A DNA stretch of 63,933 nt, the filler included, from Conidiobolus incongruus B7586 (taxonomy: Eukaryota): the NCBI GenBank assembly GCA_000697335.1. It is 7 parts of 7 records of this genome, joined end to end, with 100 filler letters (N's around TTAATTAATTAA, not from the genome) between each part and the next. Parts side by side here need not be neighbours in the genome. Positions count along the whole stretch, not along the records: positions 1 to 18,325 come from JNEM01006036.1; 6 more parts are not named here. One strand, given 5' to 3'. Shown here in pieces: positions 1-12,607 of the stretch (positions are counted from its first letter, which is position 1; each line of letters opens with the position of its first letter). The translations under genes were made by a program, and so were the position numbers. The notes under the pieces were generated by a model, which searched no databases, was not told where the DNA came from, and worked only from the letters and a program-made list of their open reading frames with translations.

Positions 1-2152
1 TTAATATATATAATATAATTATATTATTAATATTAAAATATTTTAATAAATTTTAAATAATTCATTTTATAACTATAAATTGATTCACTAAATAATAAAT
101 AATAGACTTTAATAAAATATAATTTTTATAAGCTACTTAAAAATATTAAAAGATTTACAATTAAGCTTTAATAATAATAAAACAAAAAAGCTCTTGATTA
201 TCATATTAATTTAAAATAATTAAATTAAGGAATAAATTTTTATAAGTTAATTTACTAATGATTAAAAACATTATATATTCTCTTATTTATTTTGTATATA
301 TTTTTAAAATTTATAATATATTTGAGAAATCAAAAATTAAAAAATTTCTCATTTCTTTTATTTTGAGGTAATAATATTATGAATATTAATAATATTTCTT
401 ATTTGTATCCATTATACAAAATTAAATTATAAATCAAGACATAATAAATAATTATATATTTATCAAGATATTATTTCTCAAGCATTTTATCAGAAGATCT
501 AATATTAAATTTTTTGTATAATTTGTAAATCTCAATAATATCATATAATGAATGGAATCTTAAAAAACCATATTAATATAGCAATTTTATTTAAATCAAG
601 TGTAACTCAGTTATATTTAAAAAGACATATAGCTGATATAAAATGATGATTTCTTTATACCTTTATGAAACTAATGAATAGTATTTATAATTATCAAAAA
701 TATTATTCAAATTAATCATTTAATAAAAAACTATTCTCTAAATGATGTACTAAAGAAAATCATTATAATTTTTTAACTTTCAAACTTGTCATATTATATT
801 ATCATCTTAAACTTTTATAATGATATATATTAATTGTTGAAAAATAGATCAATTTATAAATTTTCAAATGAAATAACATTTTAATATATTTTCTATATAT
901 GGTGTACAATTGAGTATAATCCACTTCTTAAAATATTGTATTTAGCTGTGAAAACAGTAATAAATTAAATATTTGAATGACATATTATCAAATATATATT
1001 ATACTAGAAAACAAAATTCTATTATATATATAAAATCTAATTATTCAAAACTATTTAAAATATTAATTGGATATAATATATAAATAAAATATATACTTGT
1101 TAATTATAAAGATAAAATACTAAAAAAGATTGAATTTGAATAATTATATGAACGTTAATTGCAATTCATATCTTTAAAATGATATATCTGCATAAAAAAA
1201 GCAATGGATCTATATTGGTATAGAACTTATTAATATGTAAATTATTGTTTTGATATTGAAAATTGCAATAATAATATCTGCTATTAAATTGTTAAATATA
1301 ATATTTAGTATAGTATTTTAATATTTCTTCAAATTAGGAAAATATGAAAAATTTATATTATATTGAAATATTTAGTGATTAAATTAAATAATATAGTTTC
1401 CTCAATCTTATTTTTACATAATAAATTTCTATTAAAAATAAATATATTTATATTATTTAACGAATAATTTGAATCAGTTTTTAATTTGTCTATGCAGCTA
1501 TCATTTAATTGAAAAACTGTTTAATATTCAATCAAAACTAAATATCAAAAACTATCCGAATAATTAATCAACATTATAAAATCGCTTCTATTCTTGTGTA
1601 ATTTAATCTAGCACATTAAAATAAAATCTTAAAAATCTTATTTTGATTTGATATTAATTATATTCAATTTTGAAAAGTATGAAAATGAAGATGAATCAAA
1701 TAAAATAAATTTACAAAATTTAATTTGATTGGTTCATTTGAAATCTGAAATTCAATATATAAATTCACTTGATCTATAACATTCACCTAATAATAATTTG
1801 ATTAATTCGTTTCTTGACTGTTATATTCAATCAGAAAATATCAAGGTATAGCTACCAAATAATAATCAGTTTTATTTAAAACAATATACTATTAATTAAT
1901 GATTTAAATTGATTGTAATTGATAAATATTGAATTGAATTTATTTTATTATGTTGTGTTGAAAATGATCATTTGTATTATCATTTAATGTCAATTGATTT
2001 GAATCTGCTTTAGAATTAATTGATACATATATATGTGCTAAGGTATCAGCACAAACCTATTTATTTTTAAGAATATTAATTTTTAACCTCAATTTTGTAT
2101 ACATCATTAGCAATCAAGACTAACAAATTTATTTAGTTCAATATTCTGTATA

Positions 2153-3334
2153 ATGAAGGGTTTTATCATCTTTAGTACTTTAAATTTACTATCTTCTGTA
2201 ATGGGTGAATACTCCTCTTCAGACTCAGTTGTTCAATTGAACGTTGGTAATTTTAAAAAGAAGGTCTTGAATAACAAGGTATTAATATTTTATATCCAAC
2301 CATATTTTTGAATATTTAGCTAATGACTATATTTTAGGGTGTTACTTTGGTTAAGTTCTATGCTCCATGGTGTGGTCATTGTAAACAGTAATATTATACC
2401 ATTTATTCTATCTAAATTAAATTCATAGTATAATCTGAATTTGGTAGATTTGAGCCCACTTATAAGAAGGTAGCTAAAGATTTAGAAGGAATAGCTACAG
2501 TTGCTGTCGTGGATTGTGATAACTCAATCAATCAGCCCATTTGTGGTCAATACGATGTAAAAGGTATTAATGAAACAATAAGTGTAATACAGTAATTAAT
2601 CATTCTTATAACAAAAGGATTTCCAACTGTCAAATTGTTTAAGGGTAAATTAGCAACTAAACCTGGTGAACAACCTCTCGATTACATGGGTCCAAGGACT
2701 AAAAAGGCTGTTAAATCATTTGTAACAAACGCCATTCCCAATAAGGTATTGAGGATTACGAAAAAGGCTAAAGCATCTACTGATACATCATCCAATTTGG
2801 AAGATTTCGTTGAAGTAAGTCTATTTATTTACTCATTCAATGCAGTGATATTGATGATTATAAATTAGACTGCTCAATCGTCAGGCCAACATCGTTCTTT
2901 ATTATTCAGTGAAAAGGACAAAATATCTCCAATTTATAAATCTCTAGCTTTGAGTCTTTATGGTAAAATTAAGTTTGGCCAGGTCAAGTCTGATCAATTA
3001 GATTATATTGAAAATTATAATATCGAATCTTTCCCTGCTTTAATAGTTGAAATTGATAATGGTGAAGAGAAATTAATTAAAACTTATGATGGTATTGTAT
3101 TTAACATTTTTCTAAATATTAATACTTATATATGATTATTATAGGTGAATATAACCCTAAGGGTTTGAGAGAATTCTACAAATCCATCATCAAAGAATAC
3201 CCTGTGAATTCTACAGAATCAAAGCCCAAAAAAGAAACCACTAAATGTAAATGATTCTTTATCTAATCATTCACCTATACTAATATTTATTTGCTACAGC
3301 CAAGTCCAAATATAATGAAGAAGATGAACTTTAA
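2153..3334 (+). CDS. ER thioredoxin/protein disulfide isomerase-family protein (Mpd1/PDIA6-like), multi-exon
   Basis: ATG 2153 begins a signal-peptide-like MKGFIIFSTLNLLSSVMG. After intron 2279-2337 comes VKFYAPWCGHCK, then VAVVDCD and GFPTVKLF. The C-terminus is ...NEEDEL-TAA (3332-3334), a KDEL-like ER retention signal. Several short GT-AG introns. Confidence 0.9.
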
Positions 3335-3728
3335 ACTATGGTAGTTTGATTAAGTCCAAATTTAACTTTATACTAGCTAATCTAGGGAATAAACTAAACT
3401 TGAAAATTATTATGAAATAATATGTTATATTTTGTTTCAAAACTTTTGATGTTATAAAAATAAAGTAATTGAAATGTTTAAATAATTGTAAACTTTAATA
3501 TCCCAAATATTAACACACACATATAATATATATATTTTATTTGTATCAATCATTTTGCCAATTAGGATAAAATCTTACAGACACTGATCATTCATTTTGT
3601 TGCTATAAAAATAATATAATATAAATAATAAATGAATTTTTTATTATTTTTATGAATGCTTAATGAATTTTAAGAATGATTTCATATATTGATTATGTTT
3701 TATTAAATATAACTCAAATTGATGTTGA

Positions 3729-5555
3729 TTAATGAATGGTAGGCATGTTAACAGTAGCTTTGGTGGAAATGGCATCTTCAGAACGCCAGTGGGCAGTAAC
3801 AGTCTTATATTGGGTGTAGAATTGAATACCAGATCTACCATAGAAGTTGATATCACCGCGAATGGATTCTCGAGAACCAGTGAAAGAAAACATGGGAAGA
3901 GGAACAGGAATGGGAACATTAACACCTACTTGACCAACATCAACTTCTTTGATGAATTTCTTAGAGGTTGAGCCAGTTTGAGTAAAGATGCAGGTACCGT
4001 TTCCGTAGGGGTTGTTGTTGATCATTTCAATGGCATCATCGAGAGTATCAACCTTGAGAATGACAAGGACAGGGCCGAAAATTTCTTCCTTGTAGCAGTC
4101 CATGTGGGGCTGGACATCAGTCAAGATGGTAGGTCCTAAGAAGTTACCCTTTTCAAAGCCGTTTACTTTAATCTTGCGACCATCTAAGAGAAGCTTGGCA
4201 CCTTGATCAACACCACTTTGAATTAAGCGCTCAGCACGTTGTAAAGCTTGAGGAGTGATCATAGGACCTAAATCGGCATTGCTCTGGAAACCCTCATTAA
4301 CTTTGAGAGCTTTGGCACGCTCAACCAATTCAGGGATCCATTCTTGGGTTTCTCCAACGAAAACAGCAGTGGATAAGGCCATACATCTTTGACCAGCAGC
4401 ACCAAAAGCAGCACCAGTCAAAGAGTTAAGAGTGAAGTTCTTGTTGGCATCAGGCATGATGACACCATGATTTTTAGCGGCCAAATTAGCTTGAACACGC
4501 TTGCCGTTCTTGGTACCACGCTCGTAAATATATTTACCAGCTTGATCAGAGCCAACAAAACTAATAGCCTTGATACTAGGCTCATCGAGGAGGAAGTTGA
4601 CGGTATCGCGACCACCATGGACAACGTTCAATACACCCTTGGGAATGCCAACTTGTTCGGCCAACTCGGCAAGAATCATGACAGCGCCAGGATCACGTTC
4701 AGAAGGCTTAAGAATTTGAGTGTTACCAGTACCAATAGCGACGGGGAACATCCAAAGAGGAATCATGGCAGGGAAATTGAAAGGACAGATACCAGCAGTA
4801 ACACCCAATGGTTCACGAATGGTCCAAGTATCCATATCTTTGGCAACTTCAGTGATATTTCCCAAAGTATAGTCAGGTAAACCACACATCATTTCAACGA
4901 CCTCTATATATTTACAATATGAGTTGATCCAATAGCTTAATACATAGATCATTCAACTTACGTAAACCACGAAGAACATCACCCTTAGCATCAGCAAAGG
5001 TTTTGCCTTGTTCCTTAACAATTGAGGTAGCGATACGATCCTGAAATCAGATTGTAGTTGAGAACTCAAATAATGATTAGATATATAATGTATACAAATA
5101 ATTACCATGTTTTCTCTGACAGCTAATTGTAAATCTAACATTTTTCTCTGTCTGGATAAGAGAGAAGTGTTTCTCCAAGTCTTAAAAGCTTCTTTGGAGG
5201 TTCTAGCAGCAGCTTCCAATTCTTCAGGAGTAGATTGAGGTACACGAGTTAAAAGTTCTTGAGTAGCCTATTTAATAATTAGTTTCTAAAGTGTCAGTCA
5301 CAATAGGTTAAGATATAAGCTTACGGGATTGCGTAAATCGAACCATTCACTTGTACTGGATTCGAAGAATTCACCATTGATATAGTTTTTGGTAGCATAT
5401 TGGGGCTGTTCCTTTACGTTGGTAGAAGCGGAAAAGCAACGAGTTGATTGGTAAAGCGGCTTAGAAAAACTAAATGTTCATTATTAATAAGTCTGGATAA
5501 ACCATCCATTTAACAGTCCAACTTACCGAGAGATACGAGAAATATTCTTTAACAT
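3729..5555 (-). CDS. ALDH6A1: Methylmalonate-semialdehyde dehydrogenase (CoA-acylating), mitochondrial, multi-exon
   Basis: Motifs [49 protein letters not shown] and [12 protein letters not shown]. Upstream exons include [11 protein letters not shown] and [10 protein letters not shown]. Start MLKNISRIS at 5555 is presequence-like. Confidence 0.93.
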
Positions 5556-6144
5556 ATTGAAGATGCGAATAAATTAACCAGATAAAATGAAAAAATGCAG
5601 TTAACAATAAACTTTTATTAGGAAACTGTTGATGCTTAAGATGAAGAAGCATTACTTTATATATGTAATCTATCATTATTTCGAACCCATTTGATCATCT
5701 GATTTTTGTGATTGAAAGTGAAATTGAAATCATTAATTTCCAAGTCCTCATTTGATTGGTTATCTTTGAATATTACCAAATTAGGATAAATAAGTTATTG
5801 AATATCTTTCATATTTTACAATATATGAGCATTTAAAACTTGTATATAAGCTTCTTAAAAAGTAATCAAATATATACATTACTCTTTGTTCAAAATATAG
5901 TTATTAATTAACGCTCAAATTCCACATAAATTTTTTCAATCAGTTCTTTAATTGTTGATTCCTTAAAATTACTACTATTTGATATTGATACATTTTTAAT
6001 ATAACAGTATAATGACTAATAATGATATGGTTTAATACTGATGGCTTTTGTAACCTTTCTTTTTAATAAATAAAAAATCATTATATATTGCAAATAATTT
6101 TAATTTCAATGAAGGTAGTCTGTTGAATAAATTAATAATTAATG

Positions 6145-6170
<26 letters not shown>
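6145..6170. repeat. (AT)n microsatellite
   Basis: Run atatatatatatatatatatatatat seen directly. Confidence 0.8.
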
Positions 6171-6175
<5 letters not shown>

Positions 6176-6612
6176 TCTGTTGGTTAAATATAAACTCCAC
6201 TGGTAGAAAATATTTGATATATCGATATTAGGTCAGCATATATAGATAATTTTATGAATAATTTGATATTTTTGTTCAAATATATAATGACATAAATGTA
6301 TTGTGAAATAAAGAGCAATTATTTTGATTAATTCGAAAATTTTGAATAAAATCATTTAAAAATAGGAGACATTTATTTTAAAAAGAAAAATTAAATGAAA
6401 TATATACAATATTAATAATAATTCAGCAGTCAACTTGATATGGGCTAGATACGTATTATGACGATATTAGATAAATCCTTTAATGAAAGTGGAGGTTGAA
6501 ATGGAGAAAGTAATGGATATTTTTATACAAAATGTTTTATAATGGTTTATTGAATGGCTTGGTTAATACTATATTCATCTAATAACAATCGTAATAATAT
6601 GATTTAAAGTGG

Positions 6613-8190
6613 TTAAGCATATAAACGCTTTTCGAAAGAATGTAAAGAATGGACACCACCTTCAGCTTGGGCAGCAGCGGTACGCTTTTCAAAACGGACT
6701 TCACCGTTGTAGACACGTTCTTGAAGTTGCTTGATGTCTATGCAACCCATATCTTGTAAACTGTGTTGCATACCGGTATGGAGATAGGGGATAAATTTGC
6801 GGATAGAGCCTTTGTCAACAACAGCACCAGTGACACCTTGAGCGACCTTGACGGCACTGGATTCGGAGTAGTAACGCTTCATGGAACCAGAATCACCAGA
6901 TTTCTTACCTTGCTCCATGGCATCGATGGAACCCATACCACGGTACTTCTTCAAGCGCTTACCTTCGTGGTAGAAGTATTCACCAGGAGCTTCGTTAGTA
7001 CCAGCCAAGAGACCGCCCATCATAGCACAGGAAGCACCGAGAGCAATAGCCTTGGCAATATGACCAACATTTTGAATACCACCATCAGCGATAACGGGGA
7101 TACCGAATTGGCGGGCGAACTTGGCTACACGGAAAACGGCAGTAGCTTGAGGGGGACCAACAGCCATGACTTCTTGAGTGATACAGATGGAGCCAGAACC
7201 CATACCGACCTTGAGAGCATCAGCACCAGCAGCAATAAGAACGGCAGCTTGGTCTCTGGTAACAACATTACCAGCAACAACATCGATCTTGTTCTTGTAG
7301 GTTTCCTTGATGTACTTGATCATTTCGACTTGGTAGCGGGAGTTACCTTGGGAGCTATCCAAGATGACAACATCCAGACCGGCTTCGACCAACAAGGCCA
7401 AACGCTTCTTGTCGTCCTCGCGGGTACCGATAGCAGCAGCACAGAGCAATTGCTTGGATTCAGGGAGCTTGGAGGCCAAGGGGAAGGATTGGTTCTTGAG
7501 CAAATCGGAACGGCTGAGGAGGGAAGTCAACTCACCTTGGGCATTGATGATGGGTAATTTACCCTTCTTGGACTTTTTGAGGATCTGGTTGGCTTCTTCC
7601 AAGCTGACGCCTTCTTGGGCAACAACAAGGTCGGTGGTCATAACCTCGGAGACAAGAGTAGAATCATCGTTATTGAACTGAATGTCACGGGCAGTGACGA
7701 TACCAACCAACTTAGAGTTCATCTTACCAGATTCAGTGATAGGAATACCACAGAAGCCGTACTTAGACTTGATTTCACGGACGTCACCGACAGTGTGTTT
7801 GGGGGAGAGGACGATGGGGTCGGAAATGAAGCCGTTTTCAAACTTCTTGACCTTACGGACCATGGCGGCCTGTTGCTCAGGAGTACAGTTGTAGTGGATG
7901 ACACCAACACCACCCAACAAGGCCATATTGATGGCCATATCAGCTTCAGTAACAGTGTCCATAGGACTACTGACGAAAGGGGTCTTTAAAGTGATGTTTC
8001 TGGTAAACTTGGTGTCCAAAGTGACGTCATGGGCAGGGAAGTCAATGAAGCCAGGGAGAACTAAGAAGTCGTTATAGGTAAGTCCTCCGCTGATTTGGGG
8101 GTCCATAAGCTGATCGACAGTTAATCCATCAGAACCCTGTTCCTTTAAAACTTGGAGAGCAGTGGCGGGGTCGAGATATTGTTGAGCCAT
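6613..8190 (-). CDS. IMPDH: Inosine-5'-monophosphate dehydrogenase (intronless)
   Basis: 525-aa ORF with [17 protein letters not shown], a CBS pair, DSSQGNS, catalytic [30 protein letters not shown] and C-terminal [15 protein letters not shown]. Confidence 0.98.
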   Translation of the reverse strand: MAQQYLDPATALQVLKEQGSDGLTVDQLMDPQISGGLTYNDFLVLPGFIDFPAHDVTLDTKFTRNITLKTPFVSSPMDTVTEADMAINMALLGGVGVIHYNCTPEQQAAMVRKVKKFENGFISDPIVLSPKHTVGDVREIKSKYGFCGIPITESGKMNSKLVGIVTARDIQFNNDDSTLVSEVMTTDLVVAQEGVSLEEANQILKKSKKGKLPIINAQGELTSLLSRSDLLKNQSFPLASKLPESKQLLCAAAIGTREDDKKRLALLVEAGLDVVILDSSQGNSRYQVEMIKYIKETYKNKIDVVAGNVVTRDQAAVLIAAGADALKVGMGSGSICITQEVMAVGPPQATAVFRVAKFARQFGIPVIADGGIQNVGHIAKAIALGASCAMMGGLLAGTNEAPGEYFYHEGKRLKKYRGMGSIDAMEQGKKSGDSGSMKRYYSESSAVKVAQGVTGAVVDKGSIRKFIPYLHTGMQHSLQDMGCIDIKQLQERVYNGEVRFEKRTAAAQAEGGVHSLHSFEKRLYA

Positions 8191-9446
8191 ATTTAATAAT
8201 TTACACTGTTGTTTAAAAATACAAATTGAGTTATGCTTTGTCTATAATACAGATTATTTATAAATTACATGTAATGAATAATTAAAGGGAATTTCAGTCG
8301 AAACACCAGGCGGAAAATTCAGACAGTATTCAGAAATAAATACTTTTTTAAATTTCTCAAGTAATTATGGGTTCAACATTCAAAATTTAACTTTTGTTGT
8401 TGGGGCTTTGTGCTACAAATTGGATAATTAATTATATCTGTGTCATCAATCACTATGAATAAAATATATATTCATTATATTATCTCCTATTGATCTAAAA
8501 GAACTATGAATAGTAGTATTTTGGTTGTCATTAATGTATTTAAAGAAAGGATCTTGATAGTATCAAATGGTTAAATTCAAATCTAATATGTTTCTATAGG
8601 TGATTGACAATTTCTAATGGGTAGAGTATTAAAATATCTAATGTACAATATTTTGAATAATACCTGTATTGATTATAAATAGATAATAACACAATAGCTA
8701 ATATCATCCACTATAGCTCTCTTTCAGCCCAACCATAGAAAATTATATAAAATTACATAAAATCACATAAAATCTAGCAATCTATTGCAAATGAATATAT
8801 ATCAAATAATCCAATAATTATTTAATGTATTGATCACTTGTATAGATAATTAAATGTTTTACATTCCAAATTTGAAAACAAATAAAGTGTAAACGATTTG
8901 TTCCGATAATTCTCAAATAAATATATTGTTTCAATAAGGACTGGTTTTAAGGGAAAATCAATCTTCAATTACTGATTATAAATCATTAAATGAGAATATA
9001 TCTATTCTATATTAAAGTATTATAAATTATATTTATTATTGGTATCTATTCATAGGTAATCAATATTTATTTAGGATAATAAAGATTATATTACAAAATT
9101 TTGATATGCATAGAAAATATTTGATATTGTAATATAAAATGAAAGTTAATAAAAATTTTTAATTATAATTTGAAATTTATAAACGTATTAAGGCATTCAA
9201 ATCCAAATTAGATATAAAATGATAATTATTATTTTGTTCATTTAATAATAAAATTAATTAATTACTTATTTACAACTAGTATTAAAATAAATATTAAAAA
9301 GAGTTATTTCAAGTTGATTGTATTAAATATTAAAAATTTTATTTATTCATAATTGGTTGTATATGTTAATATCAAACACCTGGTAATTGGTATTCATTTA
9401 TATTTGAGAAATATATGTGTTAATTTACTAAATGATAATGAATAAT

Positions 9447-10157
9447 TTCAATAAAAATGCCATGGAAAATAAGAGGAAATGGATTGGATGAATATCAGAA
9501 CTCAATGTTATAAATCGATGGCTTTGGAATAGCCCATTACCATTGCTGTCTATAGTAAAGTGATTAGCATAATCAGCTTCATAGGTTTTCTTTTTGAACA
9601 CAGCAAGAGGTTCAGAGAGGCTGAGTAATAATCTTAACTGTATTCGAGTGTTGGCGTCAATGGATGAGGCTGGCTAGAGAAGGTTATGTTGTATTTGATA
9701 TCGAAGACAGTTTTCGTTCAACAAAGAATCATTGCTTCAGATATTATTCCTCTAAACTTAGTTAATTTTAAATTCACCAATAAAGTAATCAATTGACCCT
9801 ATGACGAAATTAATCAACAACACATGGCACCAGTAGTAGTATTTAATTGCCTCTAAATCAGTTGATTTAAGAAAAGGAACAAGTCCACTCACAACGGTAA
9901 TAGGTTCAGCGTTCTGAGCCAATTTGACTGATTTGAGGTCAATTATGAATATAAAATAATATATATACCTTGACTAACATATTGTTGATCGTTGTTAGAG
10001 TGAATTGATACTTTTAAAACTTGGCCAATATGTACATCCAAATCCAAAAATTTTTTATTGACTGACTTCAAATTAATACTATTAATTAACTATCAGTATA
10101 AGCAAGTTACCTAATTGAGCGACTTCGTCAATATTGCTTTCAGTTGAGTAAAACTGC
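9447..10157 (-). pseudogene. Disrupted tRNA-binding OB-fold (Arc1/EMAP-II/Trbp111-like) gene
   Basis: Spliced minus-strand translation gives FLDLDVHIGQVLKVSIH..QYVSQVKL..PITVVSGLVPF..LLVNLKLTKFRGIISEAMILC, then TGA (9718-9720). A further TAG at 9674-9676 lies in LL*PASS. One intron donor reads GC. Confidence 0.65.
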
Positions 10158-10391
10158 TAAAAAGTTTGATTTATATATAAATGATGATCCAAGGGCTTTT
10201 GAATTATTGTATTTTGTTATTAATGTTAATATGCATCATTGGATTTTATCAATATTACATGTGCTATTGATTTATCTTGGTTTAATATATTTCATCATTT
10301 TTGAAATGATATATTAATCCTAATTAATTAAAAATATGAATGACCAAATGATTATAGGACAGATTTTGCAAAATAAATATTTTAAAATGGT

Positions 10392-10547
10392 TTATTTAGA
10401 TTTTTGGGCACATTTTTGCTTGAATTCTTCCCATTCTTTTAAACATTTGGACCTGTCAAAATTGTTCTCTTGTAGACATTTTTGTAAGGGTTTATGATCA
10501 CACACTTGAATTTTGTTAGTTGATGAATTTGAAGGTACTGGATCCAT
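10392..10547 (-). CDS. 51-aa four-cysteine CHCH/twin-CX9C-like microprotein
   Basis: MDPVPSNSSTNKIQVCDHKPLQKCLQENNFDRSKCLKEWEEFKQKCAQKSK*. Coding-like composition in AT-rich surroundings. CLxENNxDxSKC resembles Cmc4/Cox23-type mitochondrial intermembrane-space proteins. Too short for the ORF track. Confidence 0.7.
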   Translation of the reverse strand: MDPVPSNSSTNKIQVCDHKPLQKCLQENNFDRSKCLKEWEEFKQKCAQKSK

Positions 10548-11159
10548 TCTTGATCAAAATCGAAAATGTAAAAATGAATTTAGGTTGAATAATCCAAACT
10601 CTCATCTTTCAGATAGTTTATATTGATTATTAAAATTTGTAAATTATGGGTTTGTATAAAAAATTTTTACACCTATTTTATTCTAATTTTTTACAATAAA
10701 CACAAGCTCAAACATACAAAAATAACAATTGATCCAAATTTGAATTTAAATTAGAATATATAATTATATTATTAAACGATATCTAATTAATATAATCAAA
10801 TTATTTTAAAATATAAAGTGTATATATTAATTACTAGAAAATTAGGAAAATTTTAATTAATATTCCAAGTTTGAGTTAACATAGAAAAATTATCACATGT
10901 ATTAGTAATCAATAATATTAATAATTGATCAAATACCAAATTAATTTGATGAAATCATCTAATTACAGTAATGAAGAAGTATGTTTATCAATTCATTGAA
11001 TTTATATGGATATCTGTGATAAATGATTGAAATAATTATCAATCTTCAATAATTTTTAATTTTGAATTAAGTGTTTTTGTAATCATATAAAATCATTTAA
11101 TTGAATTCTGAATAAAATTATAAATTATCTTTCTCCTTTTACCAATTTTAATTGATAAA

Positions 11160-11977
11160 ATGAGATCTGAAAGTTTAGATCAACTATTATTACTCAACCA
11201 TCTAGGATGGATTCATACTGTTGTCTATTTAATATTAATCAATACAATCATTGGCATAGGAATTTATAGATATTGGAAGCTTTTTCATGCTACATCTAAT
11301 TTCCATGCCTACCAGCCAATTCAAGATTCAATTACTAGTGCAAGCCCTGTAGGTTTTGGTTCTATTCTTTATACTACTGGATTGGGTATCGTCCTCATTT
11401 TGACTGAACTTTTGGTGATTAGTATCATGCAATTCTGTACTCTTCATGGCTATCTACACCTTACACCATTAGCTTATTGTTGAATTTATTTTCATTATGA
11501 TCAAACGTTGGATATCTTGATTTAGAATTATAAGCTTTGGGGACAATTAGCCATGCTTAAGCAAGTTACTGGATTGGTTTCTTAACTGCTCTGGCTCAGG
11601 ATTTTATGGCTTGGAGATGGCTTCAAGTAATTGTGTCTGGAAAATTAACTACACTAGATAGTTTTAAGGCCTTTATATGCTTTTTATTCTTTATAAGACT
11701 TTTTTCAAACCTTGTTTCCAGTAGATATGGTTTAAATTGGTTCCAAATTAATAATTATAGCTGGAAATTCAGCCAATTAAGTATCTATCAAGACTTGGAA
11801 TTAGCAGACACTTCTCCAGTTTCTAAAAAGATTGGTTTGTCAGATATCTATTATTATATTAAAATGATATTTAAATTCATATGGCCTATTTATGTCAAGC
11901 ATCTTCAATATTTAAATTATTTGACATTTTTCCTTATATTATTAAATCATGTATATATAGTTAGAATTTTATTTTAA
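11160..11977 (+). pseudogene. Fragmented multi-pass membrane protein gene (probable pseudogene)
   Basis: Two adjacent hydrophobic ORFs (11160-11483, 11606-11977) are separated by coding-like sequence with stops. No family recognised. Confidence 0.3.
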
Positions 11978-12213
11978 ATAAAAATATTGTTAATTCCTTT
12001 GCTATAAGAAATAATATTAAAGAACCTGAAATTTCTTAATTATATATTTGGTATTTAGTTTTTATTTATTATTGTTTGAATATTTTATAGGATGAAAATA
12101 TTATTTTAGATTTTAAATAATAAGAATTATTTAAAACTAAAATTAAATAAAGGTTCTAATATATAATTAGCAAATATAAATATATAATATAAAATCAATA
12201 TTTTTATTATTAT

Positions 12214-12607
12214 TGTTAAGAGACTAGTTCTCTAAATTCTTATATACACTTTCATATAATCCAATTAACTATAAATTATATAATTAATTTATACTTATAA
12301 AATTAATTGTATAAATAGTATTAAATTATCTAATAAATTAGGTTCCTCTTTTTCTTCTCAATTCTTACTATTTTCTACTTTTACACTATTTCTAAAATTA
12401 AAACTATATTCTATTAATATTATAGGATATTAGTACTACCTAATATAAATCTTAATATATTAGTGACTCATCCTAATTTGAAGCTTAATTAAATTTTGTT
12501 TATACTTGTACACTACAGCTACATTATATTATTATATTTTACACCACACTATTTTTATATTAAGTTTTCCTCTACACTATATTAGTTTAACTACCACTAT
12601 ATTTATA
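12214..12607 (+). repeat. 5' LTR of Gypsy copy 1
   Basis: Direct repeat of 17523-17921. Terminal CA is mutated to TA, followed by PBS-like TAGTA (TGG>TAG). Confidence 0.9.

Noticed and set aside
1..2000. AT-rich region that may be a decayed gene or TE
   Set aside because: I could not recover any diagnostic motif or terminal structure.
4476..4495. ALDH6 NLAAKNH in place of the usual NxGAKNH
   Set aside because: A single-base difference that could be a sequencing error or a tolerated variant; the gene is otherwise intact.
3650..7989. Long antisense or overlapping ORFs over ALDH and IMPDH (e.g. 4389-4880, 6763-7557)
   Set aside because: Shadow ORFs caused by biased codon usage of highly expressed genes; no independent motifs.
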